Positions 1-12,735 are shown, counted from the stretch's first letter. The stretch is DNA of 64,000 nucleotides from Octopus vulgaris (GCA_951406725.2 OX597819.1:5084001-5148000); one strand, 5' to 3'. Numbers and translations are program-made. Notes: generated by a model from the letters alone, not told the origin.

Positions 1-1080
1 TATATGGGTGTATGTGTACAAACATACTTGTATGGGTTCATGTTCATAACACATAGATGCCTATGTATGCACATATGTGCTTGTTGATATACATTTATAT
101 ATATATATATGCACAAACATACTTTCAGAGAAACAAGCCATTAAGTTTTATAGACATTTTTTTAAATGCTGGTATGAGTTGGCTGGATCTGTAGTTTTCT
201 CTCTAACTCTCTCTCTCTCTATCTCATAGACGTACACATGTGCACACATGCACATGCATGTACACACACACACACACGTGCATGTATGTCTATGTGTAGC
301 CCCCTTTCTTTATTTATTGGCTTTGTAATGCTTGAGTTCGCTGCAAAAATCAATAACTCACCAAGTGTCTGCCTGTAGAAATGGTAGCATTTAAAAAAAA
401 GTGTTAAGTTAGAAAATTCTCTGAAACAGACCAAGGAACTTTTCCTGTGAAAATGATTAATTTGTAGTTTTGGCTTCATCGACACCCAACCATATTCTTA
501 ATTACTTTTGATGTTTGTATTCACTTCACATTGTACAATATAGACATAAGAAGAGAATAGGTGTTTCATTCTTATTGTAAAATGTTGAAATCTAAAAACA
601 TTTACTGAAGTCCTGCAATAAATTTATTTTTGTTTAATATGGAGTTGTTTTTGAGTATCCTCAATAAACCATGTTTAAACACTCTTTGTTGTGAATAATT
701 TTTATTATGGATGTGTCATGGAAGCTTTCAAGAATTGATACTAAACTTTGGTTTCCTAGTATTAAGTAGATGAAAATTAAATTTCTTCTGGCATAGGATG
801 ATTGTCTATTTGAAGTAATGTTCTATGAAGAGGCAAGTCGGTCATTCAAGTGAGTTAAAGTATTCAGAATTCAGTGAACTGCCTCATATACACTAATATA
901 TGCTGGCAGTAGATTTGAACTCAAAATATTTGAGCCTAATACCATATCTACCCAACTACTTGAATTGATCAGCTTGTCAACTGCAGCTGGGCCGTAAAAC
1001 AGCCTGAAGTAAAACAAACATTTAGAAACACATCTAGATGTCTTGAACATCCTAATTATACAACTATAGAGTATGTTATT

Positions 1081-1453
1081 TTTTGTCTTGTTGCAGTTAT
1101 TAGATTGTGGCCATGCTGGAGCATCACCTTGAGGAACTTCTAGTTGAACAAATCAACCCAAGTACTTTCTTTTTAAACAGGAACTTATTCCATCGCCCCC
1201 CCTCCTCTGCTGAATTGCCAGGTTATGGGAAATAAACATACCAACACTGGTTGTCAAGTGGTGGTGGTGGTGGGGACAAACGTACACACACGACAGGCTT
1301 CTTTCAGTTTCCATCCACCAAATCCACTCACAAGGCTTTGGTCAGCCCAAGGCTATAGTGGAAAACATCTGCTGTAAATGCCATGCAGTGGGACTGAACT
1401 TGGAACCTTGTGGTTGGGAAGCAGGCTTCTTACCACACAGTCACACCTGCACC
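1081..1453 (-). mobile_element. SINE family A (tRNA-derived), older diverged copy
   Basis: Reverse-complement match to the family A body (ccatgctggagcatcacc...aaatccactcacaaggctttgg...cttaccacacag) seen in young copies such as 29836-30245. Confidence 0.8.
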
Positions 1454-3223
1454 CATGCCACACAACCACACCTACACCTATAGATTACTTTTACTATGTA
1501 GTCTTTTCATGTCTGATTGAAGTCTTTGATGGTAGTCACAGCAGAGACAGACAGACAGACGGGATGAACCTGATTCCTTAAAGTTTCATTGAAAATGGTC
1601 AGCAACCTTGCTCAGAATTTTTCTTTTTGTATATGCTTATGTATATTTCTATTGAAGTAGGTCTTAGAGAATTCAATTGCCATAACTCTTGGAGGATTCA
1701 GTTGGCTGTTGAATGTTGTTCAGTAATGAAATTATCAACTTTGTTGTTATAATAGGTCCAGGTCTGCCCTCATCAAGCACACCTGTAATCAAAGGTGTTC
1801 CAGCTTTCATCATTCCACTTTTCTCTTCTAAGACATAGTGTATCCAGGACTACATTATCCATTGTATCCTACTTTGTTTAAGATGGTAGATGTGATTTGG
1901 GAGAGATTTTGCTGCTATTTCTAACAAGTCACTAAGAAACCTCTCAATTTGGCTTGTAACAATTTTGTATATATCGACTGTTGCTATTTTATTTTACAGA
2001 GGATAAACAGCAGTTTAGGTAAAATATTGGACTTCTGATTAGTTTTCTTGTGTTTCTAAGGCCTTTTTTTTTTTATTTGTTTGATGGTTTTGAATTTTTT
2101 TCAGTATTAGGAATGAATAATAAAGCTCCTAAAAAAAAGTTGCCTGTGATAGATTAGTATACTTTTCAGTGGTAAATCTTGTCTCAGTGTTAAGAACTTG
2201 TTATATATGGATTCTTGAAGTTTGTGAAGGAATAACATTTTCCAAACTATTTATCATTGTATGTATGAGCACATCTATATACACATGCTTGTATGCATAC
2301 ACGTTATTTTTTAACTTTAATGTAGCGACCTCTGAATGTAGGAGATAATTAAAGTTACTTTATTTGTTTATAAACATAATTTCTATAATTTTGTGAATAA
2401 GACTGAAAAATGTACACTGTTCGAAACTTTGCCTTCAGCTCATCTGTTAATTATCAAAAAATATTCTACATATGATCAGCTTGTTTTTAGGTAGCCTGCT
2501 AACAAATGGTATACTGTTAGATGGCCTGCTAACAAATAGTATATTGTTCTTGGTACTGTTTTAGAAAGAATGTTGCCATAGATATGCTGTTAATTCTTTC
2601 TAGAGTATCATTAAAATGTCAGAACAAAACAAAAAAAGGGTGTATAAGGCAGATGAAATAAAAGATATTTTTTTCATTTCATTTTTGTTTTACAACTATA
2701 AACGAAGTTGTCCAGCAGCTAATTTTAAAGCTAGCCTTAGATATTCTTTGTTGCTTTCACTGAATAACTCTAGTTAGCTATATAGCAGAAGGGTAAGTGA
2801 TTGAATGTTCAAAGGCAGACTTTTGTCTTCTGGAAACTATGTTGCATATTCTGCCTTTTTGCCATTAGTGATAGAGATACAATAAATGTATATTGTATCT
2901 GTAGTAGACGCTAACAACAATGAATCTTGTTCATTATAACAGCCAGCTTTTTCGCAAACATCTCTTCATTCACTCTCCATCATTAAAATAGTAAAAACAT
3001 GTTGGAAGAATAAGGCATTGTGTTATAAATATTCAACATTAATGTTGAATATATGGCCAGGCTGTGCTATCATGAAACATTTTGTTGAGTAAAAAGTATG
3101 ATCATTACAATAGGGAACTGGGATTGTTGAGCTAGAGAATTATGAAGAATAGTATACAAATATTGACAAGATGTGTAGCAGCCAAGGAAAATTGTATCTG
3201 AGACTTAGTCATAATTATTTTAA

Positions 3224-3434
3224 CCCTTTAGCATTTAAACCAGCCAAAAATATTCTACCTGTTTTATGTTCAAGCCGACCAGATCCAGCTTTTCAGCACA
3301 CCCTACAATGTCATTCTAAGAATAAAACTATTACATCATCGAAATCTCAAAGTTGTGAGATAATGCATGGTTAATACCAAACAATATGAATAAATAAACA
3401 ATACATTTAGCATAATAATCTGAATGCTAAAGGG
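3224..3434. mobile_element. piggyBac-type MITE, family F
   Basis: TTAA at 3220-3223 and 3435-3438 flank the TIR pair CCCTTTAGCATT / AATGCTAAAGGG. No coding capacity. Confidence 0.85.
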
Positions 3435-3619
3435 TTAAAACTAATTGCTTGTGTTGCTAATGATTCTCATAAACCATTAACAGCCTCACTTCTTTTTCCT
3501 AAAACACAGTTGACTTGAGTGACACCTAGGAAAGATGTAAAATTGGATATAAAGGGACATAGTTACACATAACAGCATATTTTGCCCATCACTGAATTGC
3601 TTCTACCAATCCGTTAATA

Positions 3620-4060
3620 AGGAGTTCTAATATAGACACAGTACTTCAAATTTGTGGCTAGGGACTGTATACTTTATTAGATCAACCTTAGCACTTGGCT
3701 GGTGTTTACTTATTTTAATGACACCAATTTAATGTAAAGCAAAACTGACCCCAGTATGATTTGAACTCAGAATATAAAGAGAAGTATCTGAAAACTGCAA
3801 GACATTTTATCTGCCAATCCACCAATTTTGCCATCTAGAGTCCTTTATAATAATAATTTTTAACATAAGGCCAGATATTGGCAATGGGTGAGGAGCAGTC
3901 AATTTTATCAATTCAATTTCTTAATAGTTTATTTTATTGATCCTATAAGGATGAAAATCAAAGTTGATCTTCCTGGGATTTGAGTTTAGATAGCAGAGGC
4001 ATATAGCTAAACACTGCAAGGTTCATTTGATCTTCCTCTCTATTATGTCTGCCAGACACC
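3620..4060 (-). mobile_element. Two old, decayed family B SINE copies
   Basis: Degenerate matches to the B reverse strand (gatttgaactcagaa; ttattgatcctataaggatgaaaatcaaagttga). Confidence 0.5.
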
Positions 4061-4095
4061 TCAATAATAAGATTGATTGCCATAATGTTGCTTGA

Positions 4096-4312
4096 CTCTT
4101 TAACAGTTAAATAAGCCATATCTGGCCCAAATATTCTACCTATTTTATGTTCAAACTGATCAGATCCAACCTTTACATCAACCCTACAATCTCATTCTAA
4201 AAATAAACAATTGCATCATTGAAATCTTGAGGTTACAAGATAATGCTTGATTAATTCAAAACAGTGTGAATAAATAAGCATTACATTTTGACAGAATCTT
4301 AATGCTAAAAGC
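4096..4312. mobile_element. MITE family F, decayed copy
   Basis: Colinear with 3224-3434 (aatattctacct.ttttatgttcaa...ccctacaat.tcattctaa...aatgctaaa), with mutated TIRs. Confidence 0.75.
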
Positions 4313-5346
4313 TTAAATAAGGATTTTTATGTTGGAGAAAATAGAATGCTGGACATGATTCTTGACTGGGGAAATACATTGGTCTTGGCGGCATGAATCT
4401 GCTAAATGCCAGTAATATACTCATTTTCTATGATGAAATCACATAGTTTAGTCAAGAGAAATCAATATTAAAACATGATAAAATTATACATGGATTACTG
4501 TATGATATTTACATTTGACCCGAAGGCCAATAAGCTGGTTTTAGAAGTTAATAGTATGCAAGTAATTTGTGGTTCCTTTATTCACAGTCTCTCTCTGATT
4601 TTTTTTTTTTGTCTTTTTAAGAGGAAAAACATTATCCTTTTATAACATCACGCCAGTTTAGTACCTGTCAGTGTATAAGGATTAACTTTTCTCTGATACT
4701 GTTGCTAATTAGGAGATAAAATAACGTGTTGGCTTCAAACTGGATAAGTCACTTCAGATTGCATGGTGAAACAACAATATATATACATATATAATATATA
4801 TATATATGTGTGTATATATTTAGGGAAAACAGACTATAATTATATAAGCCTTCTGATAAACACTAGCGTAGCCTAATTTATCGTTGAAAGTAAAGAAAAA
4901 AAATTAAAAAGAAAAATGCAATTAGGCCTTAGTTCCAGAAACGGAGTAATGTTATATTTTTTATAGTCATTATATTCTTTTTAAAATCTTAAATGGTATT
5001 TTATTCTGCCCTTTGATAGTTGTCTGTGAAATTGCTGTAATACAGAAATCAAAACAAATACAAATACAAAAAAAAAAAAAGGAGGTTCAAGTAGCAGGAG
5101 AATATTTACATTTGCTTAATTAGTTTTTCCTGGTGAAAGATTTTAAATAATGGAATTTTCTTCAAGTGTTTTATTTGATGTTATTCAGCACCTGCCTTTT
5201 CAGAATGATGATACAAAAAATGGTCTGTAATAGTTTCTTTGATTTTTATTTCATGTATGTATGCATAGTACATGTACTTTTAGACTGTGTATGTAAATAT
5301 TAAATGTGTGTGTATGTATGTATGTATGTATATGTGCTTGTATTTA

Positions 5347-5486
5347 TCATCATCATCATCATTTAGCGTCCGCTTTCCATGCTAGCATGGGTTGGACGGT
5401 TCAACTGGGGTCTGGGAAGCCAGAAGGCTGCACCCGGCCCAGTCTGATCTGGCAGTGTTTCTACGGCTGGATGCCCTTCCTAAACG
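5347..5486 (-). mobile_element. RTE LINE 3' end (family D), 5'-truncated
   Basis: (CAT)n followed by ttagcgtccgctttccatgctagcatgggttggacgg, the reverse complement of the 3' tail of the RTE copy at 33345-34248. Confidence 0.8.
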
Positions 5487-5580
5487 TATTTATGTGTGTA
5501 TATATATATTCATTCATATATCTGTAGGTTTATATTCATGTGTGTGTGTATATATATAAATATATTTGTGTGCATGTATT

Positions 5581-5635
<55 letters not shown>

Positions 5636-5741
5636 TCATATATGTATTGGTTTATATTCATGTGTGTATATGTATATATATATATATAGGTATGCATTTT
5701 TATTGTATATGTGGTGTGTGTGTATACACACACATATATAT

Positions 5742-5970
5742 CATCATTTAACATCCACTTTACATGCTGGCATGTGTTAGACAGTTTGACTGAAACTGGT
5801 AAACCAGAGAGCTGCATCAGGTTCCAGTCTGATTTTGGCTTGGCTTCTATGGTTAGATGTCCTTCCTACACCAGCCACTCCAAGAGTGTCGTGGGTGCCT
5901 TTTATATGTCATCAGCATTGGGCGCTTTCATGTGCCACTGGCATGGGTGCTTTTACATGTCACTGGCAGC
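5742..5970 (-). mobile_element. RTE LINE 3' end (family D), older copy
   Basis: Degenerate D tail including gtgcttttacatgtcactggca repeats. Confidence 0.65.
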
Positions 5971-6399
5971 GCTTCAATTTAGGTAGAAAGTTAGAGAAGT
6001 ACATGTTATTTAACTCACACTTTCCAAGGTATTGCACCATTGCAGAAGATAATGAGTAATGGAAGTAGTTTGGGATGAAGAAGAAATGTAATTGAGAAAG
6101 TATGAGGGGACATAGTATGTGATCACACACACACACACACACACACACACATTAATGTTTGCTTTTGTATCGAGTTATATATAAAAACAATTTAGCATAA
6201 AATTAAAGTATTACTCAGTGCTTCTTAGTATAAATATTTATAGAATTTTTATGGGGAAAAATTATGATGGTAATGAGTAAGCTAAAACTTCTAAGTGACT
6301 GTTTTGTTTGTATGTAGCTGAAGAAACTAGTAAAAGAATTGTGTGTGTCTGAATAGAAAGATAAGTGAACAAGGTAAATGGAGATGTTACTAAATTGAA

Positions 6400-6690
6400 T
6401 AATGAGTATTCAAGTTGTTTGATCAGTTGAACTATTCATTGAATGATATTTATGTAAGTGGTTGTGTATTCCATAGATATTTGTACCCTTAGTATAGTTA
6501 ACGTGCAGATCCAGTGTGTCCTATTGTGTGACATGCTAGCTCTTTGAATTATAAGTAGTGTCCATCCACTGAGCTTCTTGGTCAGTCTGAGGTTATGGCT
6601 ATGGTTATTTGGCTGAGATGTCGTGTAGCAGGATTGAACCTACAGCTTCATAATTGCAAAGTAAATATTTTAATCATACAACTATTTACA
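6400..6690 (-). mobile_element. Old chimeric SINE: family A-like head with family C-like tail
   Basis: atttgtacccttagtatagtt resembles the C tail (reverse); gcaggattgaacct...tttaatcatacaac resembles the A head (reverse). Confidence 0.45.
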
Positions 6691-6970
6691 TTCACACTTA
6701 TACTGATATTGTGACAGCATCTACATGGTGCTTGACCTACATCAGATCTTCTTCTAATTCTCCTCTATTGCCTAACGAAAATTATTAGAGTTATGGTTTC
6801 AACTAATACTGAATATTTTGTTTTTGTATTTTGCTTGCAAGATTTTTTTGTGTAACCAAGTGTTGTAACAGATTTTGCTGTATTTTGAGAGGGCTGTTAT
6901 GCCAAGAATGAACACATGGATTGGGTCTATTGCTCTTTTTTATATTATTATTTGTCTACTAGCTAACCGT

Positions 6971-7230
6971 GAAGGCATGTAGCCTAGTGGTAAGGCTGTT
7001 GCACTCACAATGGCTAAATTGTGGGTTTGATTTCCCGACTGGGTGACACATTGTGTTCTGGAGCAGAACACTTCATTTCACTTTGCTCCTGTCCCTCTTT
7101 CAATCAGAGGGGTATGTTGGCTTGCACACCTAGCCAGTGGGGTGGCATCATTTGCAGGCTAAAACAATGCAAAAGCACATTGTGACCAATGATGTGTGAC
7201 AAAGTCTGATAGCTTGGTCAGTTATGTGAC
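6971..7230 (+). mobile_element. tRNA-derived SINE with CORE-like central domain, old copy
   Basis: A-box-like tagcctagtgg and B-box-like ggtttgatttcc, then ttgtgttctggagcagaacacttcatttcac, which is similar to 38078-38418. Confidence 0.6.
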
Positions 7231-8063
7231 TACATAACTAATTAACCATGAAACCAAGCAACTTATTTGATTAATTTTTCAGTCAGTCAATCAATCATTC
7301 AGCAAGCATTGATGGAGTCCTTTCATTATCATTTGTGACCTGGAGTAGTGAAAGTATGTCATTGATGAGGTTGTGAATGACAATGAATAAACTCAGATGA
7401 ACCTTACTGAATTTGATCAAACAATCAATTAGTTAATTGGTTTAATGTTTAACTAGTTGACTTATAGTCATATAAGAAATGAAGTAGAACCACTGTCTGT
7501 GTTTATTATTGACCCACCCAAGGTACAAAAAAAAAAAAAAAAACTAACAGTGACTATATACCAAAAAAGAAAGAAAAAGAAAAGAGAGTCATTGTTAGAT
7601 AAATTCTTGGTATTTTTGTCAGCAGAGGACTGAAGCTATGGTATTGCACAACACAAGCTTTTAAACCTATACAAAAGCCAAAATACTTGGCTACAACAAC
7701 AATAATAAAAACAGGAAGAACCATTGTTATCTCCCCTCCCAGTAGCACAGGTCTGAAAAGAATAGATTTCTTTAATCCTTGCAGCCATGTTGGGTTACTG
7801 CTTTGGAGAGTTTAATGAAACAAATTGACTGAAGCATGTAGTTTTTTTTTTATGTCTGGTACTTATCAATCCCTTTTGTTGAACTGCTAAGTTATAAGAA
7901 TATGAACAAACCAACATCAGTTATGAAGTGATGTAGGTACAAACATAAAGAGATGTACTTGACTCTGGATTCAGTCCCACTGCATGACACCTTGAGCAAG
8001 TGTCTTCTAGTATTGCTTTGAGCTGGTCAAACTCTTGTATGTGGATTTGGTACACCGAAGGAA

Positions 8064-8124
<61 letters not shown>

Positions 8125-8183
8125 ACACACATTGGTGTATTGATGTAAACAGGAAAAAATAGAACTCAAAATATGAGTATATT

Positions 8184-8584
8184 CTCTTTTATTCTCTTTT
8201 CTCTTTTACTTGTTTCAGTCATTTGACTGCGGCCATGCTGGAGCACCGCCCTTAGTCGAGCAAATCGACCCCAGGACTTATTCTTTGTAAGCCCAGTACT
8301 TATTCTATCGGTCTCTTTTGCCGAACCGCTAAGTAACAGGGACATAAACACACCAGCATCGGTTGTCAAGCAATGCTAGGGGGACAAACACAGACACACA
8401 TATATATATATATACATATATACGACAGGCTTCTTTGAGTTTCCGTCTACCAAATCCACTCACAAGGCATTGGTCGGCCCGGGGCTATAGCAGAAGACAC
8501 TTGCCCAAGATGCCACGCAGTGGGACTGAACCCGGAACCATGTGGTTGGTTAGCAAGCTACTTACCACACAGCCACTCCTACAC
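8184..8584 (-). mobile_element. SINE family A, young full-length copy
   Basis: Near-identical (reverse) to 29836-30245 and 52079-52500; Pol III A/B boxes, internal (TA)/(TG) tract and (AAAAGAGT)-type tail. Confidence 0.9.
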
Positions 8585-10369
8585 ATATATATGTATATTT
8601 TTTTTTATTATTTAGCAGAAGAGATTGACCCAAGGTCCGAGAGTTTTGTGTGTGGATAAGTGCCAATGCATAAAACTCTTGGATCTTGAGTCACTCTCTT
8701 ACTTCTACTAAATACACACACACACACATTTAAAACAGAACACATCCTTTGTGTTCTGTTTTCAATTTATGTTTGATATATCCTCTCACCCCTGCCACTA
8801 TCTGGCATATACAGGTGCTTACACTTATCAGGTATTCACTCTAAACTTACAGTACCTATACACACACACATACACACACACACACACGTAGTCTTTTATT
8901 GTTTTCAGTCATTGAACTGCAGCTCTGTTGGGGCACCGTTTTGAAGGGTTTCGTTGATCAAATTGATCCTGCTACTTATTTTCTAAGTCTGGTGCCTGAT
9001 TAGTTTGTCCAACTGCTAAGTCACAGAGGACTGAAACACTTGTTGAGTGGTGGTGTTAGAGACAGAATCAAAAATGCACACAACACACAATGGTCTTTTT
9101 ACAGTTCCTGTCTTATTCGCTCACAAATCATTGATTGGCCTAGGGCTATAATAAAAGACACTCAAGGTACTTGCAGTAACCCAAAATAGCATGGTTATAA
9201 AGTGGACTTCTTAACCATTGAGCAGCGTCAGCATCTCTGTAAATTTCTCTTTCATTACAGTAAGAGCAATACATTTGTCAGTTTTATACTATTCTGTACT
9301 TAAAATGTATTCTAATATGATGCTTTTTTATATCCTTGTAGCTATGCAAACCCTCATTATTTCCATCAACACAAATATAACTTTTATTACAGACTTGTAT
9401 TATTTGTCATGTTATATACATTATAACATTATTTGCCACATTATATAACATTTAATTCAATTTATTTCTGTAATATCAACAAGATAAATTTTAAAAAAGA
9501 AATATTTAAAGGGGGGGAAAAACTATTTTCACTGGAAAAATAAATTGTGGTTTTTCCCAACAAAAATTGTTTCAATCAATATTTCTCAACTAAGGAGAGG
9601 TAGAAATATATTTTTACTTTTGAAATCTACAAATGTAGTCTGTTAAATTTAAACGTTTATTTTAGTCATTCAGCAATTAATTTTTAAAATTTCTTCTATG
9701 TGTTTATTAATTTTTAAATTGTTTACTGCAGTGTAAATATTTCTTAGAATTATGTGGGAAGCTTGCTTCTCAACCACATGGTTTCAGGTTCTGTCCCACT
9801 GCATGGCATCATGAGCAAGTATCCTCTATTATAGCCCTGGGCCAACCATAGCCTTGTGAGTGCATTTGATAGATGGAAACTGAAAGAAGCTGTGTGTGTG
9901 TGTGTGTGTGTTTGTGTTTGTCCTCTTGACCAATGGTGTTGGCTTGAATATATATATATATATTTTTTTATTTTTTCTTATTTACTTGTTTCAGTCAATA
10001 GACTGTGGCAATGCTGGGGCACCATCTGAAAAGCTTTTGTCTTTACGTGCATTTATGCATTGTGTGATTGTTGACCTCATAACCTCAGTCACCTTTTTTA
10101 TTATTATTCGTCAGACATATGTAAGAACTTTATCTTACGTAAGAGAGGAATAGATAGTATGTTGGTACTGTGTGCTTAGTGTAAGCATTGTACAGGAATA
10201 ATCATAGAGGCACTCATGAACTGCCGCCAAGGTAACAGTCTAAACTTAGTTGGTAGCTTGTTAGGTAGGTAATGTAATTAGTGTTTGGGAGTGGGTTTAG
10301 TTTTTAGCTTCAATTTGTCAATGCTGGCATTATTGGTTGTAGGTTTTCAATAGGCTGATCACTGGTTCA

Positions 10370-10780
10370 CGAGCTGGCAGAAACGTTAGCACACCGGGCG
10401 AAATGCGTAGCCGTATTTCGTCTGCCGTTACGTTCTGGGTTCAAATTCCACCATGGTCGACTTTGCCTTTCATCCTTTCGGGGTCGATTAAATTAAGTAC
10501 CAGTTAAGCACTGGGGTCGATGTAATCGACTTAATCCCTTTGTCTGTCCTTGTTTGTCCCCTCTGTGTTTAGCCCCTTGTGGGTAGTAAAGAAATAGGTA
10601 TTTCGTCTGCCGCTACGTTCTGAGTTCAAATTCTGCCGCGATCGACTTCGCCTTTCATCCTTTCGGGGTCGATAAATTAAGTACCAGTTATGCACTGGGG
10701 TCGATATAATCGACTTAATCCCTTTGTCTGTCCTTGTTTGTCCCCTCTGTGTTTAGCCCCTTGTGGGTAGTAAAGAAATA
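10370..10780 (+). mobile_element. SINE family B (MetaSINE-like), head plus two tandem bodies
   Basis: B-box ggttcaaattcc; central gactttgcctttcatcctttcggggtcgata-aagtaccag resembles the Meta domain as I recall it; the second body starts at 10597. Confidence 0.85.
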
Positions 10781-10970
10781 TATATATCAGCTGGCAAGAT
10801 TGACAAGGGAGCATCTGCTTCTTAGGCCTTCATTCAAAGAGAACCAGGTTTTGGTTGACATATATTGGCAAAAAGTATATGCATACATGAATTATACACA
10901 CTCACACACTTGTGCACGCACGTATACAGATAGGTGTGCAAATAAAAGAGCTCATTTCATGGAGATTAAA

Positions 10971-11331
10971 TATTTTTATTACACACATGTGAGTGAGAAC
11001 ACTTTGAGATATTTTTGGTATCTAACATGTCAGATACTGCGAGCGCTGCTTCTGACTGGTCAATCCATGGCGATGACCCGAGGTCACGGTGACAGCGCTG
11101 CTTCTGATTGGTCAATTCATGGTGATGACTCGAGGTCACGGTGACGGCACTACTTTTGTCATTCATAAGTTACAACTAAACGTGAAGAATTTAGTTATTG
11201 GGTTAATAAAATATGGTCGTTTATTCGTGTGTAATAAATAAAATACCAAACTCATTCCCTATGGATACCGTATTTATTACAACTCGTGGCTTGTAATAAA
11301 TACAGTATCCATAGGGAATGAGTTTGGTATT
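10971..11331. mobile_element. Non-autonomous DNA element with subterminal IRs and a long terminal hairpin (Crypton- or Helentron-like)
   Basis: TTTATTACACAC (10975-10986) / GTGTGTAATAAA (11227-11238); two 52-bp tandem units (11042-11145); 41-bp-arm hairpin at 11242-11331. Confidence 0.55.
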
Positions 11332-11512
11332 CTCTATGTATCAACAATTTAGCTCGAATTTGCATTGCTGAAAGACACAGAGAGACAAAAAGCATTTTTG
11401 ATCATTTGGATACTTCAGTACTAAGTAATGAGTTTGTGATAGCTTTTGAGTAAAGCTGATTGTGGGTGGATGATAAAGCTCATCCTCATTGGCCATTTCA
11501 GGTCACATGGTG

Positions 11513-11578
11513 AAATTATTGATTATACCATTGCATAATAGTTGTAAATTATTGATTATACCATTGCATAATAGTTGT
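11513..11578. repeat. Perfect 33-bp tandem duplication
   Basis: aaattattgattataccattgcataatagttgt occurs twice, head to tail. Confidence 0.9.
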
Positions 11579-12444
11579 AAATGGATGTCACTGTCATTCA
11601 ATTTCAATATTCTGAGAAAACGTCTGGCAATGGGGAAATATTAGCTTGCTTGGAAACAAGGGTTGGTGACAGGAAAGGCATCCAGCTGTAGAAAACCTGC
11701 CTCAATAAACTCTGTGTGACCAATGCAAGCATGAAAGAATGAATGGTCATATGATGATGATGACGACGACATACTATCTGAATGTCATAAAAAAATGGAG
11801 CATTAGAGAAAGTGGCAGGTGTAATATTTCATTTTCTGTAAGATCATTAACCTGATATGCATTAATCCAAATATTTGGGAAAGACCAGTAAATAGTACTG
11901 TTTTGACTACAAGATCAATTGAGTTTTTCATCCTGCCAGTATTGATAAAATTATACTCAGAATATACTTGATCTCACCAATTTACCATGCTTTTTCTCTT
12001 CTCTAAAGGACCTGCGGTCAAGAAGAGAAAAACTATAATATCATTATTGTCTCTTGATAAATTTCATTTTGTCATAATTTAATTTGTAAAATTAGTGAAA
12101 ATAACTTGATTTATTAAAGACCAATCTTTTGCTTGAATACACATTAAATTGGCAGTTAATTGTGCAGTTGAATCAATTTGATTTCTATCTATTCCATTGG
12201 TTTTCATTCCCTATCTAATATAATATTTGTAAATATACAATTAAATGATTGTGGATATTTAAAAAGCACGATAATACATCTCAAATTATTTTAGCTATAA
12301 ATTAGTCTTTTTATAATGTAAAATTCACTTCTTTATAGTTATTAGTTATATGTATCTATATTATTTTGGATGTTTTATTGATTTTGTTTTCCTTTTTGCC
12401 AAGCTTACACTAGCTTAATACCACCACCAGTACCACTACCACCG

Positions 12445-12735
12445 ACATCATCATTTTAACGTCCACTTTTCTATGCTTGCATGGGTTGGATGACAAAACA
12501 GGCAACATTGCTTGTATGGCAGTGTTACTTGTTTATAACCATCAAGTGATGTCTGCACAAGGGTACACACACACACCCACTGAACTTCTTTTAGTTTCTG
12601 TCCACTAAATTCACTTAAATTTACATTGGTCGGCCCGTGGCTATAGTAGAAGACACTTGCCCAAAGTGCCACGCAGTGAGACTGAACCTGAGACCAAATG
12701 GTTCAGGATCAAGCTTCTTAACCACAGAGCCATGT
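12445..12735 (-). mobile_element. SINE with family A head and RTE-derived (GAT)n tail
   Basis: catcatcattttaacgtccacttttctatgcttgcatggg (D tail, reverse) joined to ggctatagtagaagacacttgcccaa...cttaaccacagagcc (A head, reverse). Confidence 0.65.

Noticed and set aside
2000-2018. Three 19-nt exon-like segments ending in G (2000-2018, 5204-5222, 39337-39355), suggesting a mutually exclusive set
   Set aside because: They share no clear sequence similarity, two have weak donors, and such matches are expected by chance in AT-rich DNA.
5306-5817. ORFs rich in YI/CV/HT repeats (also 35156-35467, 47058-47531, 53573-53872)
   Set aside because: They are translations of (TA)n, (TG)n and (CTA)n microsatellites.
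8166-8659. Recurrent peptides such as TTDAGVFTS...KETDRISTGLTKNKSWGRF and RGYSRRHLPKMPRSGTEP that look like a gene family
   Set aside because: They are open frames in SINE family A copies, present in both orientations with no splice structure.
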